Notes: generated from the letters alone by a model not told the origin. Shown: positions 29,465 to 40,554, numbered from the stretch's first letter. The stretch is 64,000 nt of DNA from Candidatus Poseidoniaceae archaeon (GCA_030747695.1 JASLKG010000005.1:24599-88598), one strand, 5' to 3'. Numbers and translations are program-made.

Positions 29465-32400
29465 TTGGGTCCACCGACGGTGGACCCATTGAAACAGGCA
29501 CAATTTCTTGCCCTACTAATGTTGCTAGCGCCATTAGCAGCAGCTGTAGACCAAGCAGATTGGGAAGGTCCTGAGCAAATACCGTTAGGGGGATTAAATC
29601 CATCTAATTCTACAATAGATGGTTTTTCTTTGCCAACAAATGCAACAGTAACAAATGCCGAGTTTGAGTTAAGTCCTAGCTGGACTCAAGCAGAAGATAA
29701 TGGCACTTATTGGGCAGGTGATTTCCAGAATGGCTTTTCTAGTGGTGTATTCAATGGAACAACAGCCTTAGGCCAAGATAGTAATTTACGATTGGCAACC
29801 AATTCAACTTTTGGAGCAATGACTGATTTTGAGACTACGATTGAACAATTTTCTAGTTGGATTGTAAATGGCGATGATGTATGGCAACCAGTAAATTTGT
29901 CATCAGTTTCATATGGTCCTAATAATGCGGTTGATGGCATTATTGTAGCTGGAAGTAATGGAAGCATAAGCCCTGGGTCATTTTCTACATTAAATTCTAA
30001 ATTTTGGCAAATACCAGCAGTTGTAAATAATCTAAATGTCAATTTTTCACATTGGGAATCTTTTGATCAAGATGATTTGTTAAGTTTCGAATTTAGCCAT
30101 GATGGCGGTATGAATTGGTTAGAATTAGATAATTGGTCTGGAGAGAATAATCAATGGCAAAATGAATCGTATAATTTAGATTCATATATCAATTCTACTT
30201 CCGTTGGCCTTGGCTTTAGATTTGTAACTAATACTTCTGAAAATAGCGGAGCAGATGTTGGTGCGTTTATTGATGAATTTGAAATTAGTAATGAAGGGGA
30301 ATCACGAGGAGCTTGGTTCTTCGGAAATGCAAGTGGGCAATATTCAGCAAATGCAGATGGAAGTCTAATTATTCCAGTCGATCTCTCCGGTCTTCAATTT
30401 CCTTTGGAACTTGTTTATTGGGCAAATTGGGATATTGAAGGAAGTACTAATGACAACATGAATATTTGGCTAACGTTGGATAATGGTTCAAATTGGCAAA
30501 TATTGACTGCTCATCCCGGAGTTCCAGGCCATGGGATTACTTACAACGGAGCAGTATATACTCAGATTTCAACTAAATGGATAGAAGTAAGGACTCCACT
30601 TCCATCTTGGACATCTACTCATAATAATGCAAGTCATGCCCAATTAAGATTTCAAGTACAAACAGATGGAGTCAAAAATTTCGGAGGAGGATCAATAGAT
30701 CTTTGGGAGGGGATAATAATTGACGATTTATCAATTGAAACTCAAGCAGGATCTACTAATTCCTCATTATGGACTTTTACAAATATGACTAATACTTCAG
30801 GGCATGTATTGCAAAATGTCACCGGTTTTGCAAACGATTGGCAACATATAACTTGGGAAGGAAATAATGGACCATGGTCTATTTCAGATTCGTTCGAATC
30901 AACTCAAAATCTTCCAAGAGGATGGAAAATAAATCATGAAGATGGGGCGACAACATGGGAATTAGGTGAAATAGATACTTGGAATAGTGCTGGCCCATCA
31001 AGTGGAAATTGGCCGAGTGGATCAAATGGAGTTGCCATAAACCTAGATGGAAGATATTCAAACAATGTCTTCACACATTTGGTTTCTCCTTCATACATGA
31101 TTCCTGTAGGTAGTACGGCTAGATTAACGTTCAAACACTGGATTTGTACTGAACCTGCATGGGATGGAGGGGCGATTTATACTTCAATCGATAATGGTTT
31201 TACTTGGCAGTATTTTGGCGACAATATTTCTGGTTTTTATGAACGTTTAAGCCAAGTCAATACATTTTCACCCTTCCATGGAAAAGGAATATTTGATGGT
31301 AGTACAGTAAACAATGGTTGCGGAAATAATAACACAGCTCATCTATTTACAACAAAGAGTGGTGACATTTCTTATCTGGCTGGAAATGAGGTAAAATTTA
31401 GATTTTCATTTTTCTCAGATACTTTTGTTATTGATGATGGATGGTATATTGATGATGCAGGAATTGAAATTGATAAATTCATTCCAAATGGTAATTGGAC
31501 AAGTCCATTAATTGAAGCCGACGAAGCAGGCTGGGGGCGAATTGAAGCAGTTGCTTCAGTTCCTCAAAGTACTAGCCTAAGTGCAGATGTTTTTGATGAA
31601 AATGGTAATACAATTTCAGGATATGAAAATGTTACATTGCCTATTGATCTTTCAATAGGTACTTGGGAATATCAAAAAATAGGCGTTAGAGTTTATCTTT
31701 GGTCTAGTGATGAAGATTATACCCCTGTAGTACAAAAAATCAGACATGGAGGCTGGGCTAATCTAATTGCAGAATTATTGTACGAAGCTGAACTTAATTC
31801 ACAGATTTCGATAGAAGAAGATGGAACAATACGTAATACGGGCCCTACACCGGTAGATATGTCAATCACTGCAGATTTATGGCGTCCAACAAAACACTTA
31901 CAATATTACTGTGATGGAGATGGTAGTTTATCACTCCCCAACAACATCAATTATTGGAATAATCAACCTTGGCAATCAGTAATTAATTGTAATTTGAATG
32001 ATTTGAATCTCAGTGCACCTGTAACAGAAATACAAATTGACATACAATTAAATCCAGGGCAATGGATTAAGAATTTCCAAATTAGTCCGATTGGTTTGAG
32101 ATCTCCAACTAATGTTTCGTTAGACATAGGTAACAATGGTAATATTGATTGGCATGGAGATGGAAATTTGTTTCATCACACAACTATTGATAGTTTGAGT
32201 GTAGATGGTCAAAACCTTCCAGTTACAGAAGTGTCTAATGGATTTTCAATTAATGTTAATAATTCAATAGAGTTTATGATAATAATGTTGCAAACTTATG
32301 ATTCAAATAATTATGTTAGTTGGTCTCAGGCAATTGAATTTTCAGGAGATTTTCAAGAACATTATACCTTAATTAATCACTCAAAAACGATTGATGGTAT

Positions 32401-35380
32401 CATGCATAATTTAGTAGCAATATCCTTTGAATATACAACTTCTTCACCAAATACATTCAAATTAATTGAAATCGATTTGTTGTCACATGGCGATTTGAGA
32501 TTCAATTTGGACAAAACATATGTTCAATCAATGATGACAGATGACCCAGAAGGAGGTAGCGTAATCCCCGTTACTTTTGTATCACAACGCGGTACAATAT
32601 TGTTCGACGGCATAATTGAACATGATTTAGCAATCACAGATGAGTGGATTACTCTTCCAAGTCAAACATTTATTCCTGATTCTTTTCATCAAGCGATATC
32701 GCGTCATAAAACCCTACCATTTACTCCAGAATTACAATCTATTGAATTGATTATTGCTCCAACAACAGACTCAACAGAATCTCCATTAGCTCACATTGAA
32801 GTTGATAATTTAGAGCAAGGAGGTCGATTTATACAACATTATGGCGCAGGTACAATTTCAATAGATCCGTCAAACAGTAGTTGGGATGGAGAGAATGTAA
32901 CATGGGGGGTAGAAACACACTGGTATTTGGATGATTATTCTAGATTATATTGGTTTGTCAAGGCAACAAATGTAGAAGGGGTAGCGCTTGGACCAGCAGT
33001 TGAATCAACAGGCTCAGGAACCCATTCCGCTTCAACAAATGATGCTGAAGTTGTTGGTTTCAGAGTGCTCGACAACTCTAGAGATTTAGGTGATTTTTCA
33101 GATCCCCTGTGGCCTTTCAAAGTAAGAGCATCAACTACACTAAATGTTAGTGGTGAAGTTCGCTATTCTGGTTTAGAAGGAATTAATCCAAATCCAAATG
33201 ATATAGAATTAAAAGTTTCATTATTACATGGAAATAGTACACTAAATACTCTCAATTTAAGTATTGATGAAGATGGATTATTTTCGGGGGTCATCATTAC
33301 ACCTGATGATAATATTTTGAGTGGAGAATTACTATCAATTCGTTCAGATATAATTAGGATAGGCCCAAGTGAAATTGCAACATCTCTAGATACAACTTCA
33401 GAATTACATGCTGTAGATTTTGTTCTTGATGCAAATAATGGTAATATTATCGATTTATGGGTTGTCGCTCCAGGAGGCATTCAACCTGCAGATGGACATG
33501 TTTGGCACCCTGGCCAAGATTTACCACTTCGTCTCTCTGTAAGCGATGATAATGGATTACCTCCTATAATGAAAATGCATTATACTGCAGGTGGTAATGG
33601 TTGGAATACAATAACATTTCAAACACCGATAGGCCAAATTAATGCAACTATCGATTTACCTTTAATTGATGATGCAGAAATGCAAATTTCGGGCCAACCT
33701 ACAGGTATTGCTGAAGTATATATCAGCGGTAATGATTTAGCAGGAAACGATTTCATTGGAGGAGGGTCTGCTCAACAACCATTGGCAACAATCTTGTTAC
33801 AAGAAAGAATTGATACATATGTAAATCCAAATAGTCTTCAATTGAATCAAGAGAGTGGCTATCTTCTCCCTGGTAATACTCATAGATTTACATTTGAAAT
33901 CTCAGATGGCAACGGTTTAGAATCGATAGATGAAATAAAATTCGGGCTATCAGAAAATGTATGTGAAATTTCTTGGAAGCCTTGGAGTGAAACAATTTCA
34001 CATGATCAATCCTGCTTTATCAAATCACCAAGAATTGAGGTCTTACAAGTTGGAAATGTAGACACTTGGTGGATAGATGTTGATTTCGAATTGCGTTGGG
34101 ACATAAATCCTGAATGGCAAGACACATGGCAAACACCTTGGCTACATATTATCGATGAATCGACTAGAACAGGTGCAGGATTTAATTCTATGACGCCATT
34201 TAATTGGAAATATCATACAGGCATTCAATTACAAATTGATTCGATTAGTGATAATACAATGCCAAAAGGAAAATTGGTTGATGGAGTTGTTTACATACAT
34301 TCACAAGATATTATTGATATTGAAATGGTTGTATATCATTTGGGAATGAATATACCGGCACACAATTTACCGTTTTCAGCAGGAATAGATATTGATTTAA
34401 TTGGAGGGGATGATGAACAAGGATTTATTGAACGAATAAATAGTGATGGTAGCGCATCTCTAAGGGTTGTTTATGATGAATCCCGATATGGTGCACAAGC
34501 AAGATTGCAAGCTGTAATTATTGACTTATCTGGGCACACGATTATAGAAGATTCTGTAGATATTGTAGTAGATAATTCTCCTCCAATTCTAAGTGTAGAT
34601 ATGACTTCACTTGCTAATTTACAATCAGATAATTTGGATCAGGTTAGAATTGATTTGACAATTCATGACTCTCATGGATTGGATAATGAATCTATTGTGA
34701 TGAATTATGCATATATGCGTAAAGGGCGAATCCTCGAAGGAACAATGAGTAATACAACAATTGAGTTATCATTTGTAGGTGATAAGTACAATATTTATTC
34801 ATCACAGGTTGACATTTCTCCACCAAGCGGTGTACTTGCTAAAGAAGACATAGTATTGATTTGGTTTGAAGGTGAAGATGCTTCTGGGAGAGACTTAACA
34901 GGCCTGGGTTCGTCTCAGGTAGAACCAATATTGATCTCAATAATGTGGATGGAATATGAGCCCGAATTAGGGCAGATAATTAGCGACCCTTATAGACCAA
35001 AAGTTGGTGATATTGTTGATATTAGTTTGAATATAGTTAACAATGGCAAATATTCTGGAAATAGTACAGTATTTATTCGAGATAGAGAGGGAATTAGCCA
35101 CGGGATTCAAAATATTTCATTGGAACCAAATCAGATAATTTCTCTTAAATTCGAAGTTGAAGCTTGGACTTTTGGAGATTTAGGATTAGAGGTTATTATT
35201 GACAATGAAGAAGGTATACCAGTTCCATTAGCAGATGTAACTTCACCTGAAGAACAATCGGGTATGCTAGAAGATAAGATGATTGGTATAGCGTTTTTAT
35301 GTTTATTATTTTCAACATTGATACTTTTAGTAGTACGAAATAAGAAACAAAATCAGTTCAATTTTCATGAGGAAGAATGA
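29465..35380 (+). CDS. Giant (1971 aa) secreted, C-terminally membrane-anchored surface protein, very rich in N-glycosylation sequons
   Basis: Signal peptide (KQAQFLALLMLLAPLAAAVD), single C-terminal TM (MIGIAFLCLLFSTLILLVV) plus KKQ stop-transfer, and dozens of N-x-S/T sequons. Uninterrupted 5.9-kb ORF. Start codon uncertain (TTG 29465, GTG 29480 or ATG 29519). Confidence 0.8.
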   Translation: MGPPTVDPLKQAQFLALLMLLAPLAAAVDQADWEGPEQIPLGGLNPSNSTIDGFSLPTNATVTNAEFELSPSWTQAEDNGTYWAGDFQNGFSSGVFNGTTALGQDSNLRLATNSTFGAMTDFETTIEQFSSWIVNGDDVWQPVNLSSVSYGPNNAVDGIIVAGSNGSISPGSFSTLNSKFWQIPAVVNNLNVNFSHWESFDQDDLLSFEFSHDGGMNWLELDNWSGENNQWQNESYNLDSYINSTSVGLGFRFVTNTSENSGADVGAFIDEFEISNEGESRGAWFFGNASGQYSANADGSLIIPVDLSGLQFPLELVYWANWDIEGSTNDNMNIWLTLDNGSNWQILTAHPGVPGHGITYNGAVYTQISTKWIEVRTPLPSWTSTHNNASHAQLRFQVQTDGVKNFGGGSIDLWEGIIIDDLSIETQAGSTNSSLWTFTNMTNTSGHVLQNVTGFANDWQHITWEGNNGPWSISDSFESTQNLPRGWKINHEDGATTWELGEIDTWNSAGPSSGNWPSGSNGVAINLDGRYSNNVFTHLVSPSYMIPVGSTARLTFKHWICTEPAWDGGAIYTSIDNGFTWQYFGDNISGFYERLSQVNTFSPFHGKGIFDGSTVNNGCGNNNTAHLFTTKSGDISYLAGNEVKFRFSFFSDTFVIDDGWYIDDAGIEIDKFIPNGNWTSPLIEADEAGWGRIEAVASVPQSTSLSADVFDENGNTISGYENVTLPIDLSIGTWEYQKIGVRVYLWSSDEDYTPVVQKIRHGGWANLIAELLYEAELNSQISIEEDGTIRNTGPTPVDMSITADLWRPTKHLQYYCDGDGSLSLPNNINYWNNQPWQSVINCNLNDLNLSAPVTEIQIDIQLNPGQWIKNFQISPIGLRSPTNVSLDIGNNGNIDWHGDGNLFHHTTIDSLSVDGQNLPVTEVSNGFSINVNNSIEFMIIMLQTYDSNNYVSWSQAIEFSGDFQEHYTLINHSKTIDGIMHNLVAISFEYTTSSPNTFKLIEIDLLSHGDLRFNLDKTYVQSMMTDDPEGGSVIPVTFVSQRGTILFDGIIEHDLAITDEWITLPSQTFIPDSFHQAISRHKTLPFTPELQSIELIIAPTTDSTESPLAHIEVDNLEQGGRFIQHYGAGTISIDPSNSSWDGENVTWGVETHWYLDDYSRLYWFVKATNVEGVALGPAVESTGSGTHSASTNDAEVVGFRVLDNSRDLGDFSDPLWPFKVRASTTLNVSGEVRYSGLEGINPNPNDIELKVSLLHGNSTLNTLNLSIDEDGLFSGVIITPDDNILSGELLSIRSDIIRIGPSEIATSLDTTSELHAVDFVLDANNGNIIDLWVVAPGGIQPADGHVWHPGQDLPLRLSVSDDNGLPPIMKMHYTAGGNGWNTITFQTPIGQINATIDLPLIDDAEMQISGQPTGIAEVYISGNDLAGNDFIGGGSAQQPLATILLQERIDTYVNPNSLQLNQESGYLLPGNTHRFTFEISDGNGLESIDEIKFGLSENVCEISWKPWSETISHDQSCFIKSPRIEVLQVGNVDTWWIDVDFELRWDINPEWQDTWQTPWLHIIDESTRTGAGFNSMTPFNWKYHTGIQLQIDSISDNTMPKGKLVDGVVYIHSQDIIDIEMVVYHLGMNIPAHNLPFSAGIDIDLIGGDDEQGFIERINSDGSASLRVVYDESRYGAQARLQAVIIDLSGHTIIEDSVDIVVDNSPPILSVDMTSLANLQSDNLDQVRIDLTIHDSHGLDNESIVMNYAYMRKGRILEGTMSNTTIELSFVGDKYNIYSSQVDISPPSGVLAKEDIVLIWFEGEDASGRDLTGLGSSQVEPILISIMWMEYEPELGQIISDPYRPKVGDIVDISLNIVNNGKYSGNSTVFIRDREGISHGIQNISLEPNQIISLKFEVEAWTFGDLGLEVIIDNEEGIPVPLADVTSPEEQSGMLEDKMIGIAFLCLLFSTLILLVVRNKKQNQFNFHEEE

Positions 35381-35408
35381 TGTCTAATGGATATGACGGC
35401 ACAGATAG

Positions 35409-35490
35409 GCCGGAGTACCCGAGTGGTCAAAGGGGGCGCACTCAAGATGCGCTGCGAAATGCTTCGTAGGTTCAAATCCTACCTCCGGCA
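35409..35490 (+). tRNA. tRNA-Leu (anticodon CAA), class II with long variable arm; CCA not encoded
   Basis: 7-bp acceptor stem GCCGGAG/CTCCGGC, anticodon loop CTCAAGA, T-arm GTAGG-TTCAAAT-CCTAC. Confidence 0.85.
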
Positions 35491-35522
35491 CTAAAATTAG
35501 GTGACCGCGGAAGGAATGGATT

Positions 35523-35966
35523 CTATTCTATCGCTAGATCTGATGTACCAGTAATTAACAAGCCAAGAAGACAACCAAAAGGTGCAACCATCATTGACAA
35601 TATCAAAATTGGACAGGATATGTAAATTGGTTTTTCTGCAGCCATTAATCGGCGCCATGTCCAACGCCCAGCAAGTAAATCGAAGGCAAGATAATGGAGC
35701 CAGCCCACAAGGATTATTTCATCATCTGAAAATAAATCAATTACCAAAGCAGGTGTTGGCATATCACTTGCAAGTGTAAGTAACAAGTTTGGAAGATGTG
35801 GGGTCACAGCTAACGAGTAAGATACAAGTAATGGAGCAAGAAAAATCCACTCATTACTCAGCATCTGCTCTGTTTTTTCATGCTTAGGAAAAAACCACAT
35901 CATTAACCAAAAAGGTAGAATGTAAAGACTAGAGAACCAGAATAGGGCTTCAGTTAAAGTGGCCAT
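35523..35966 (-). CDS. Small integral membrane protein (4 TM), unknown
   Basis: Hydrophobic helices, W-rich; 147 aa. Confidence 0.45.
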   Translation of the reverse strand: MATLTEALFWFSSLYILPFWLMMWFFPKHEKTEQMLSNEWIFLAPLLVSYSLAVTPHLPNLLLTLASDMPTPALVIDLFSDDEIILVGWLHYLAFDLLAGRWTWRRLMAAEKPIYISCPILILSMMVAPFGCLLGLLITGTSDLAIE

Positions 35967-36041
35967 ATCACCGTGTAAAATAAATCAGTACATGAAATTA
36001 AGTGAAATATCTCTCTCAAAATCTTACTATGTATTTATTGA

Positions 36042-36284
36042 TTGGATTGTATTAGGACTAACATGGACTTAACCTCAGGCGAAGTGGGGCAAATCATCCG
36101 CATTGTGGTAGGAGTAGTAATGTTGCTGTATGTGGCCAATTGTTTACTCAACCAGAAAGTATGGATTCGTAAGACTTTTTCATGGGGATCAAGGGATGAA
36201 TATCCGAAGATTTTCTTGATGAACATCATTGGCGGAATAATGGGTGGAGTATTGTTGATTGCAAGCCCGTTCTTGTGGAATTGA
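36042..36284 (+). CDS. Small 2-TM membrane protein
   Basis: Hydrophobicity only; 80 aa. Confidence 0.3.
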   Translation: MDCIRTNMDLTSGEVGQIIRIVVGVVMLLYVANCLLNQKVWIRKTFSWGSRDEYPKIFLMNIIGGIMGGVLLIASPFLWN

Positions 36285-36338
36285 AATACCTACCAAAGAG
36301 AAGATAGTAACTTTATAGCAAATCGGATTGGCAAGTTC

Positions 36339-37091
36339 ATGAAACAAAGCAAAAACATATGGGTTTTGTTTTTGCTACTTTCTTCTAGCCTTATTGGATG
36401 CTTGTCAGATGACCGATCCGAAACAGCAATCTCTCTCGTAGTTAATACTGAAACAGATAATGGCACACTTGTAGAATCATATTCGAATGGAGAGAAAATT
36501 TCAACAACTAATGTATCCATTGATTTTGATTTTTCACAAACAAGTGCCGATAATAAAATAATCACTTATGGAATTGACACAATGGATGGACGTACCCCCG
36601 TAACGGTAAACGCCAATACAAATTCCATTATCAGAGTTGAATTTTACAATCACGGAATCTACAATGTTAGCGCATATGCTATCGATGAAGATAATTTACA
36701 ACAACACATGACAATAATTATTCGAATCGATTTGAGGATTGAGTGGGTTGAATCAAACACACATGATCCGAAAACTTTGACATTTGACCCCAACCCCGTT
36801 AATGGTGGTCCAAATCCAAAAATGATTGAAGTCAACTCAGTTGTTGAAAATCCTAGTCTAATTGAAGATATTGGGAACGGGGGGCAATCTGTACAGATTA
36901 CATGGAATATTATAGATGAACAAAATGATGTGTGTCAGAAGAAAACAACACAAATCGAAGATGGGGATTCAGATAATTGGCATACAATCCATTTCAACAC
37001 ATTCCAGGTACATGAATTAACAATAACATATGATGATGGCCAAGACAACATCAATGTCAATCATTCGATAGCAATAATCTACGAAAATTAA
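36339..37091 (+). CDS. Secreted lipoprotein-like protein, unknown
   Basis: Signal peptide MKQSKNIWVLFLLLSSSLIGC, beta-rich Asn/Thr-rich body. Confidence 0.55.
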   Translation: MKQSKNIWVLFLLLSSSLIGCLSDDRSETAISLVVNTETDNGTLVESYSNGEKISTTNVSIDFDFSQTSADNKIITYGIDTMDGRTPVTVNANTNSIIRVEFYNHGIYNVSAYAIDEDNLQQHMTIIIRIDLRIEWVESNTHDPKTLTFDPNPVNGGPNPKMIEVNSVVENPSLIEDIGNGGQSVQITWNIIDEQNDVCQKKTTQIEDGDSDNWHTIHFNTFQVHELTITYDDGQDNINVNHSIAIIYEN

Positions 37092-37092
37092 G

Positions 37093-37815
37093 TCATTGTC
37101 TTGATTGGTTAAGCAATGCTTTGACTAAGGGAGCGAAGGTTTCACCATGCATATACGGTGAAACCACATCTGCAATCGCAGCAACTTCGTTAAAACAACC
37201 ACCTACAGCGATACTATGCCCTACATTTTTGAACATAGAAATATCGTTGGGCGCATCACCTATAGCTAAGATCTCTGAAGGTGCGAGTCCAAGTTTATCC
37301 AATACTACTTTCAAACCTTCTCCCTTGGAAAGATGAGACTCCATAAGATGAATTGCAAAGCCAGTTTTTACTACAGAAAGATCTGAGAATTCACTATTTG
37401 CAATCGCATTTGAAATCACATCGACATCTTCATCTGGAAATAGGCACCATTCTGATTCTCTCCATGCGTTAGTGGTAATTCCTTCTGCATTAACGTTCAA
37501 TTTGGAAGCAAGCATTTCTGCAGCTTGTTTTGCACGTGTTCCATCCGCCCTTACTATGGGCGCTGCCCAATCCGGATGCCACACTACGCCCCCATTTTCA
37601 CAAATCATTGGCCCAGATAATCCGATAAATCTCCAAAGCCCATATGTTATTGCACGTACATTCCCAGTTGCTAATATTACAGTAAATCCAGCAACTTCTA
37701 AATCGCGTAAAGCTTCAATTGCTTCAGTATTTATTTTCTTATTTTCGTCAGTTAGAGTTCCGTCGATATCAACAGCAATTGCTTTTGGCTTCCACCCTTC
37801 CGGTAGCCATTGCAT
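37093..37815 (-). CDS. HAD-superfamily phosphatase (archaeal phosphoglycolate phosphatase/Cof-like)
   Basis: Motif I AVDIDGTLT, motif III K, motif IV GDAPNDISM. Confidence 0.75.
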   Translation of the reverse strand: MQWLPEGWKPKAIAVDIDGTLTDENKKINTEAIEALRDLEVAGFTVILATGNVRAITYGLWRFIGLSGPMICENGGVVWHPDWAAPIVRADGTRAKQAAEMLASKLNVNAEGITTNAWRESEWCLFPDEDVDVISNAIANSEFSDLSVVKTGFAIHLMESHLSKGEGLKVVLDKLGLAPSEILAIGDAPNDISMFKNVGHSIAVGGCFNEVAAIADVVSPYMHGETFAPLVKALLNQSRQ

Positions 37816-37875
37816 AAACTCCCCCTATCGAGGGAACTTCAATACTATTGCGATACGAGCATTATTGAATAAAGA

Positions 37876-40503
37876 ATGTACGGCAGGTTCATGCTCGATG
37901 AAGGGGATGCTGAGGAATTCATCTCTCTCGAGGGCGTTGAAGAGGTTACTAAGCAGGAGAAAAAACCTCGTAAAAGGGCAAAATCTAAACCAAAAAGAAA
38001 ACCAATAAAAGAATCTAAGATTGAAAAGGCGGATCAAATAGTGCTTGGCGATTATGGCGGCAAACACAAAGTATCATGGCCAATATTAGATATGGATTGT
38101 CCGGATTGTGCATCAAAAGCCATGAATGCATTAAATCGATTAGATCAAGTGACTACATCAAAAGTTAGTGCAACAGACGGAAATGTAATTCTTGAAGTCG
38201 ATTTTGAAAAAGGGCCTTTATCGGAAGCATCCTCAATTCTCCGTTCATTAGGGCACGCTCCCGATGTGGAGTATATGGAAATGGTTGGTATTAGCGCTGA
38301 AAAATTAGCTGCAAGGCATTCATTACCAGTAAAATCCTTACCAAAATTAATTCGTAGACAGCCAGGAATATTGAGTGTAGAAATCGATAAAGAAAATCGA
38401 ATATTACTACAGATTGTTTCTGAAAAACAACTTGAATTAAATGACGTAATAATGGAATCATTAGATTCGATGACAGGAGAAAAAGTGGTACTAAAAGAAA
38501 CAATTTCCAAGAGAATAACTTTGGGACAATGGCGAATGATAGGATCTGGCTTTTCTTTACTAATGTTAGCATTAATAATAATTCTCGAAATATTTGAATC
38601 AAATTCTATGGTAATTGGAATTTTTGGATTACTTGGTGTATTCGCAGGAGGAACTCGAATGGTCAGGCAAGCATTCGCCTCTATCATAAATCGTCAATTG
38701 AGTTTCCAAGTGCTGACGGCACTTGCAGTGATAGGCGCCTCTTACTTGCAAGCGTGGGAAGAAGCTCTAATGGTCATTATTTTGGTTTCTTGGACTGAAC
38801 ATATGAAAGATGAAGCATTGATTAATGCACGTACAGCGATGCAAGGCGGCCTTGACCGTTTACCAAAAATAGCGAGAAGGATGAAAACAGTAACATCTTC
38901 TCCATTTACTATAGTTTCTGGAAATAAATCTTTGACTATGGCGCCAGTTGATATCGAATCAAGATTCGAAGAAGTGCCAATTGAGTTGATTATGAAAGGA
39001 GACAAGATAGAAATAAGATCGGGAGAATTAATTCCAGCAGATGGAACAATAGTTTCTGGCACAGGATCTGTAAATCGAGCACCACTCACGGGAGAATCAG
39101 TACCAGTTGATGTTGCAGAAGGAGATCAATTACAGGCAGGACTTACTTTGGCAAGGGGGCCAGTTACTATTGTTGTTGATGCTGTGGGCGATGATACAAG
39201 ATTATCTGGATTGATTGAAGCAGTTCATTCTTACAGAGAAAGGCCAACAAGATTACAGGGAATGTTAGAAAATTTCACAGGAGTATGGGTGCCTTTAGTA
39301 TTGTTTGGGGCAATATTTGTTTGGTTAATTAATCCCAGTCAGGATTGGAAAATAATATTGATTCTTTGGGTTGTTGCTTGCCCTTGTGCTTTGTTACTTG
39401 CTTCTCCCGTTCCACATGCAGCAGCATTATCTCAAGCATCAAAATCAGGAGTAATTGCTCGGGGAGGAGATATTCTAGAATCACTTTCAAAGGTAAACCT
39501 TGCATTGTTAGATAAGACAGGTACACTAACTTCAGGACGTCCAAGGTTGGGAGAAATGGTGCTTGCACGTGGACGAAGACGTGATGCGGCTTTAGCACTA
39601 GCTGCGGGGATTGAATCATCCTCGAATCACCCCTATGCGCAAACAATAATCGAAGCAGCCAAAGCAGAAAATTTATCCAAAACCAAAGTAACTAATCTTA
39701 AAGATGGAGAGGCAGGAGTTTATGGCAAAGTCGGTAAATCTAAAGTTGCAATGATTAGAGCATCAGAAGAAGTAGTGAAAGGCAAACTTTTGGAAGCCTT
39801 GAGTGCAGCGAAAGAGGCAGGGCATGGGGCTAGTATTTTGTTGAAAGATGATCGGCCTGTAGCGTTATTTACCTTTATTCATGACGATCTTAGAGAGGGC
39901 GCTGAGGATTTAATAAAATCACTTTATGCAACACATATAGAGGTTGAAATGCTTAGTGGTGACAACCAAGAAGCAGTAAATATTCTTGCAGAAAATATTG
40001 GAATTCGCAAATCAGCAGCATTTGGTGAAATGAGTCCTGAAGATAAAGTAAATTGGGTTGAAAGAAGATCAGACACTCATGTAACTATGATGGTTGGAGA
40101 TGGGTTCAATGATGCAGCAGCAATGGCTGCAGCAGATATAGGCGTAGCAATAGGCGCAGGAGAATCTGTAAACCTTGAAGCAGCAGATATTCTAATTCCA
40201 AGTGATAATCCATTGCTATTAGCAGACATTGTCAAATTAGCTAAGCGCACACATTCTGTTTTGACATGGAACATCATATACTCAGTTGTTATTACTATGA
40301 TTCTTGTTTATGCTGCTCTGGCTGGGATTAATGATAATTTGGCAATAGGAGTTCTAGTACACGAATTGAGTGTAATTGGAGTCATAATCAATGGAGCGCG
40401 ACTTTCTGGTGCTGGTGGAACATTTGCATTAGTAGGAGAAATAATGAAATCAATTTATGTCGGAACTAGGGATTCATTCACGACCCTTCTATCTCGAAAT
40501 TGA
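37876..40503 (+). CDS. P1B-type heavy-metal translocating ATPase (CPC type; Zn/Cd/Pb-like features)
   Basis: N-terminal HMA-like domain with DMDCPDCA, TM CPC (VVACPCALLLASP), DKTGTLT phosphorylation site, GDGFNDAAAMAAADIGVAIG hinge, HE..S in the last TM. Start may be at 37891. Confidence 0.85.
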   Translation: MYGRFMLDEGDAEEFISLEGVEEVTKQEKKPRKRAKSKPKRKPIKESKIEKADQIVLGDYGGKHKVSWPILDMDCPDCASKAMNALNRLDQVTTSKVSATDGNVILEVDFEKGPLSEASSILRSLGHAPDVEYMEMVGISAEKLAARHSLPVKSLPKLIRRQPGILSVEIDKENRILLQIVSEKQLELNDVIMESLDSMTGEKVVLKETISKRITLGQWRMIGSGFSLLMLALIIILEIFESNSMVIGIFGLLGVFAGGTRMVRQAFASIINRQLSFQVLTALAVIGASYLQAWEEALMVIILVSWTEHMKDEALINARTAMQGGLDRLPKIARRMKTVTSSPFTIVSGNKSLTMAPVDIESRFEEVPIELIMKGDKIEIRSGELIPADGTIVSGTGSVNRAPLTGESVPVDVAEGDQLQAGLTLARGPVTIVVDAVGDDTRLSGLIEAVHSYRERPTRLQGMLENFTGVWVPLVLFGAIFVWLINPSQDWKIILILWVVACPCALLLASPVPHAAALSQASKSGVIARGGDILESLSKVNLALLDKTGTLTSGRPRLGEMVLARGRRRDAALALAAGIESSSNHPYAQTIIEAAKAENLSKTKVTNLKDGEAGVYGKVGKSKVAMIRASEEVVKGKLLEALSAAKEAGHGASILLKDDRPVALFTFIHDDLREGAEDLIKSLYATHIEVEMLSGDNQEAVNILAENIGIRKSAAFGEMSPEDKVNWVERRSDTHVTMMVGDGFNDAAAMAAADIGVAIGAGESVNLEAADILIPSDNPLLLADIVKLAKRTHSVLTWNIIYSVVITMILVYAALAGINDNLAIGVLVHELSVIGVIINGARLSGAGGTFALVGEIMKSIYVGTRDSFTTLLSRN

Positions 40504-40554
40504 TGGTTTTTTTGCGCTACCTTCAAGCCTCATGGCATACAAGGTCTTACCAAG

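Noticed and set aside
38145-39089. Minus-strand ORFs 38145-38687, 38291-38602 and 38742-39089 inside the P-type ATPase
   Set aside because: They are antisense to a gene with every P-type ATPase signature.
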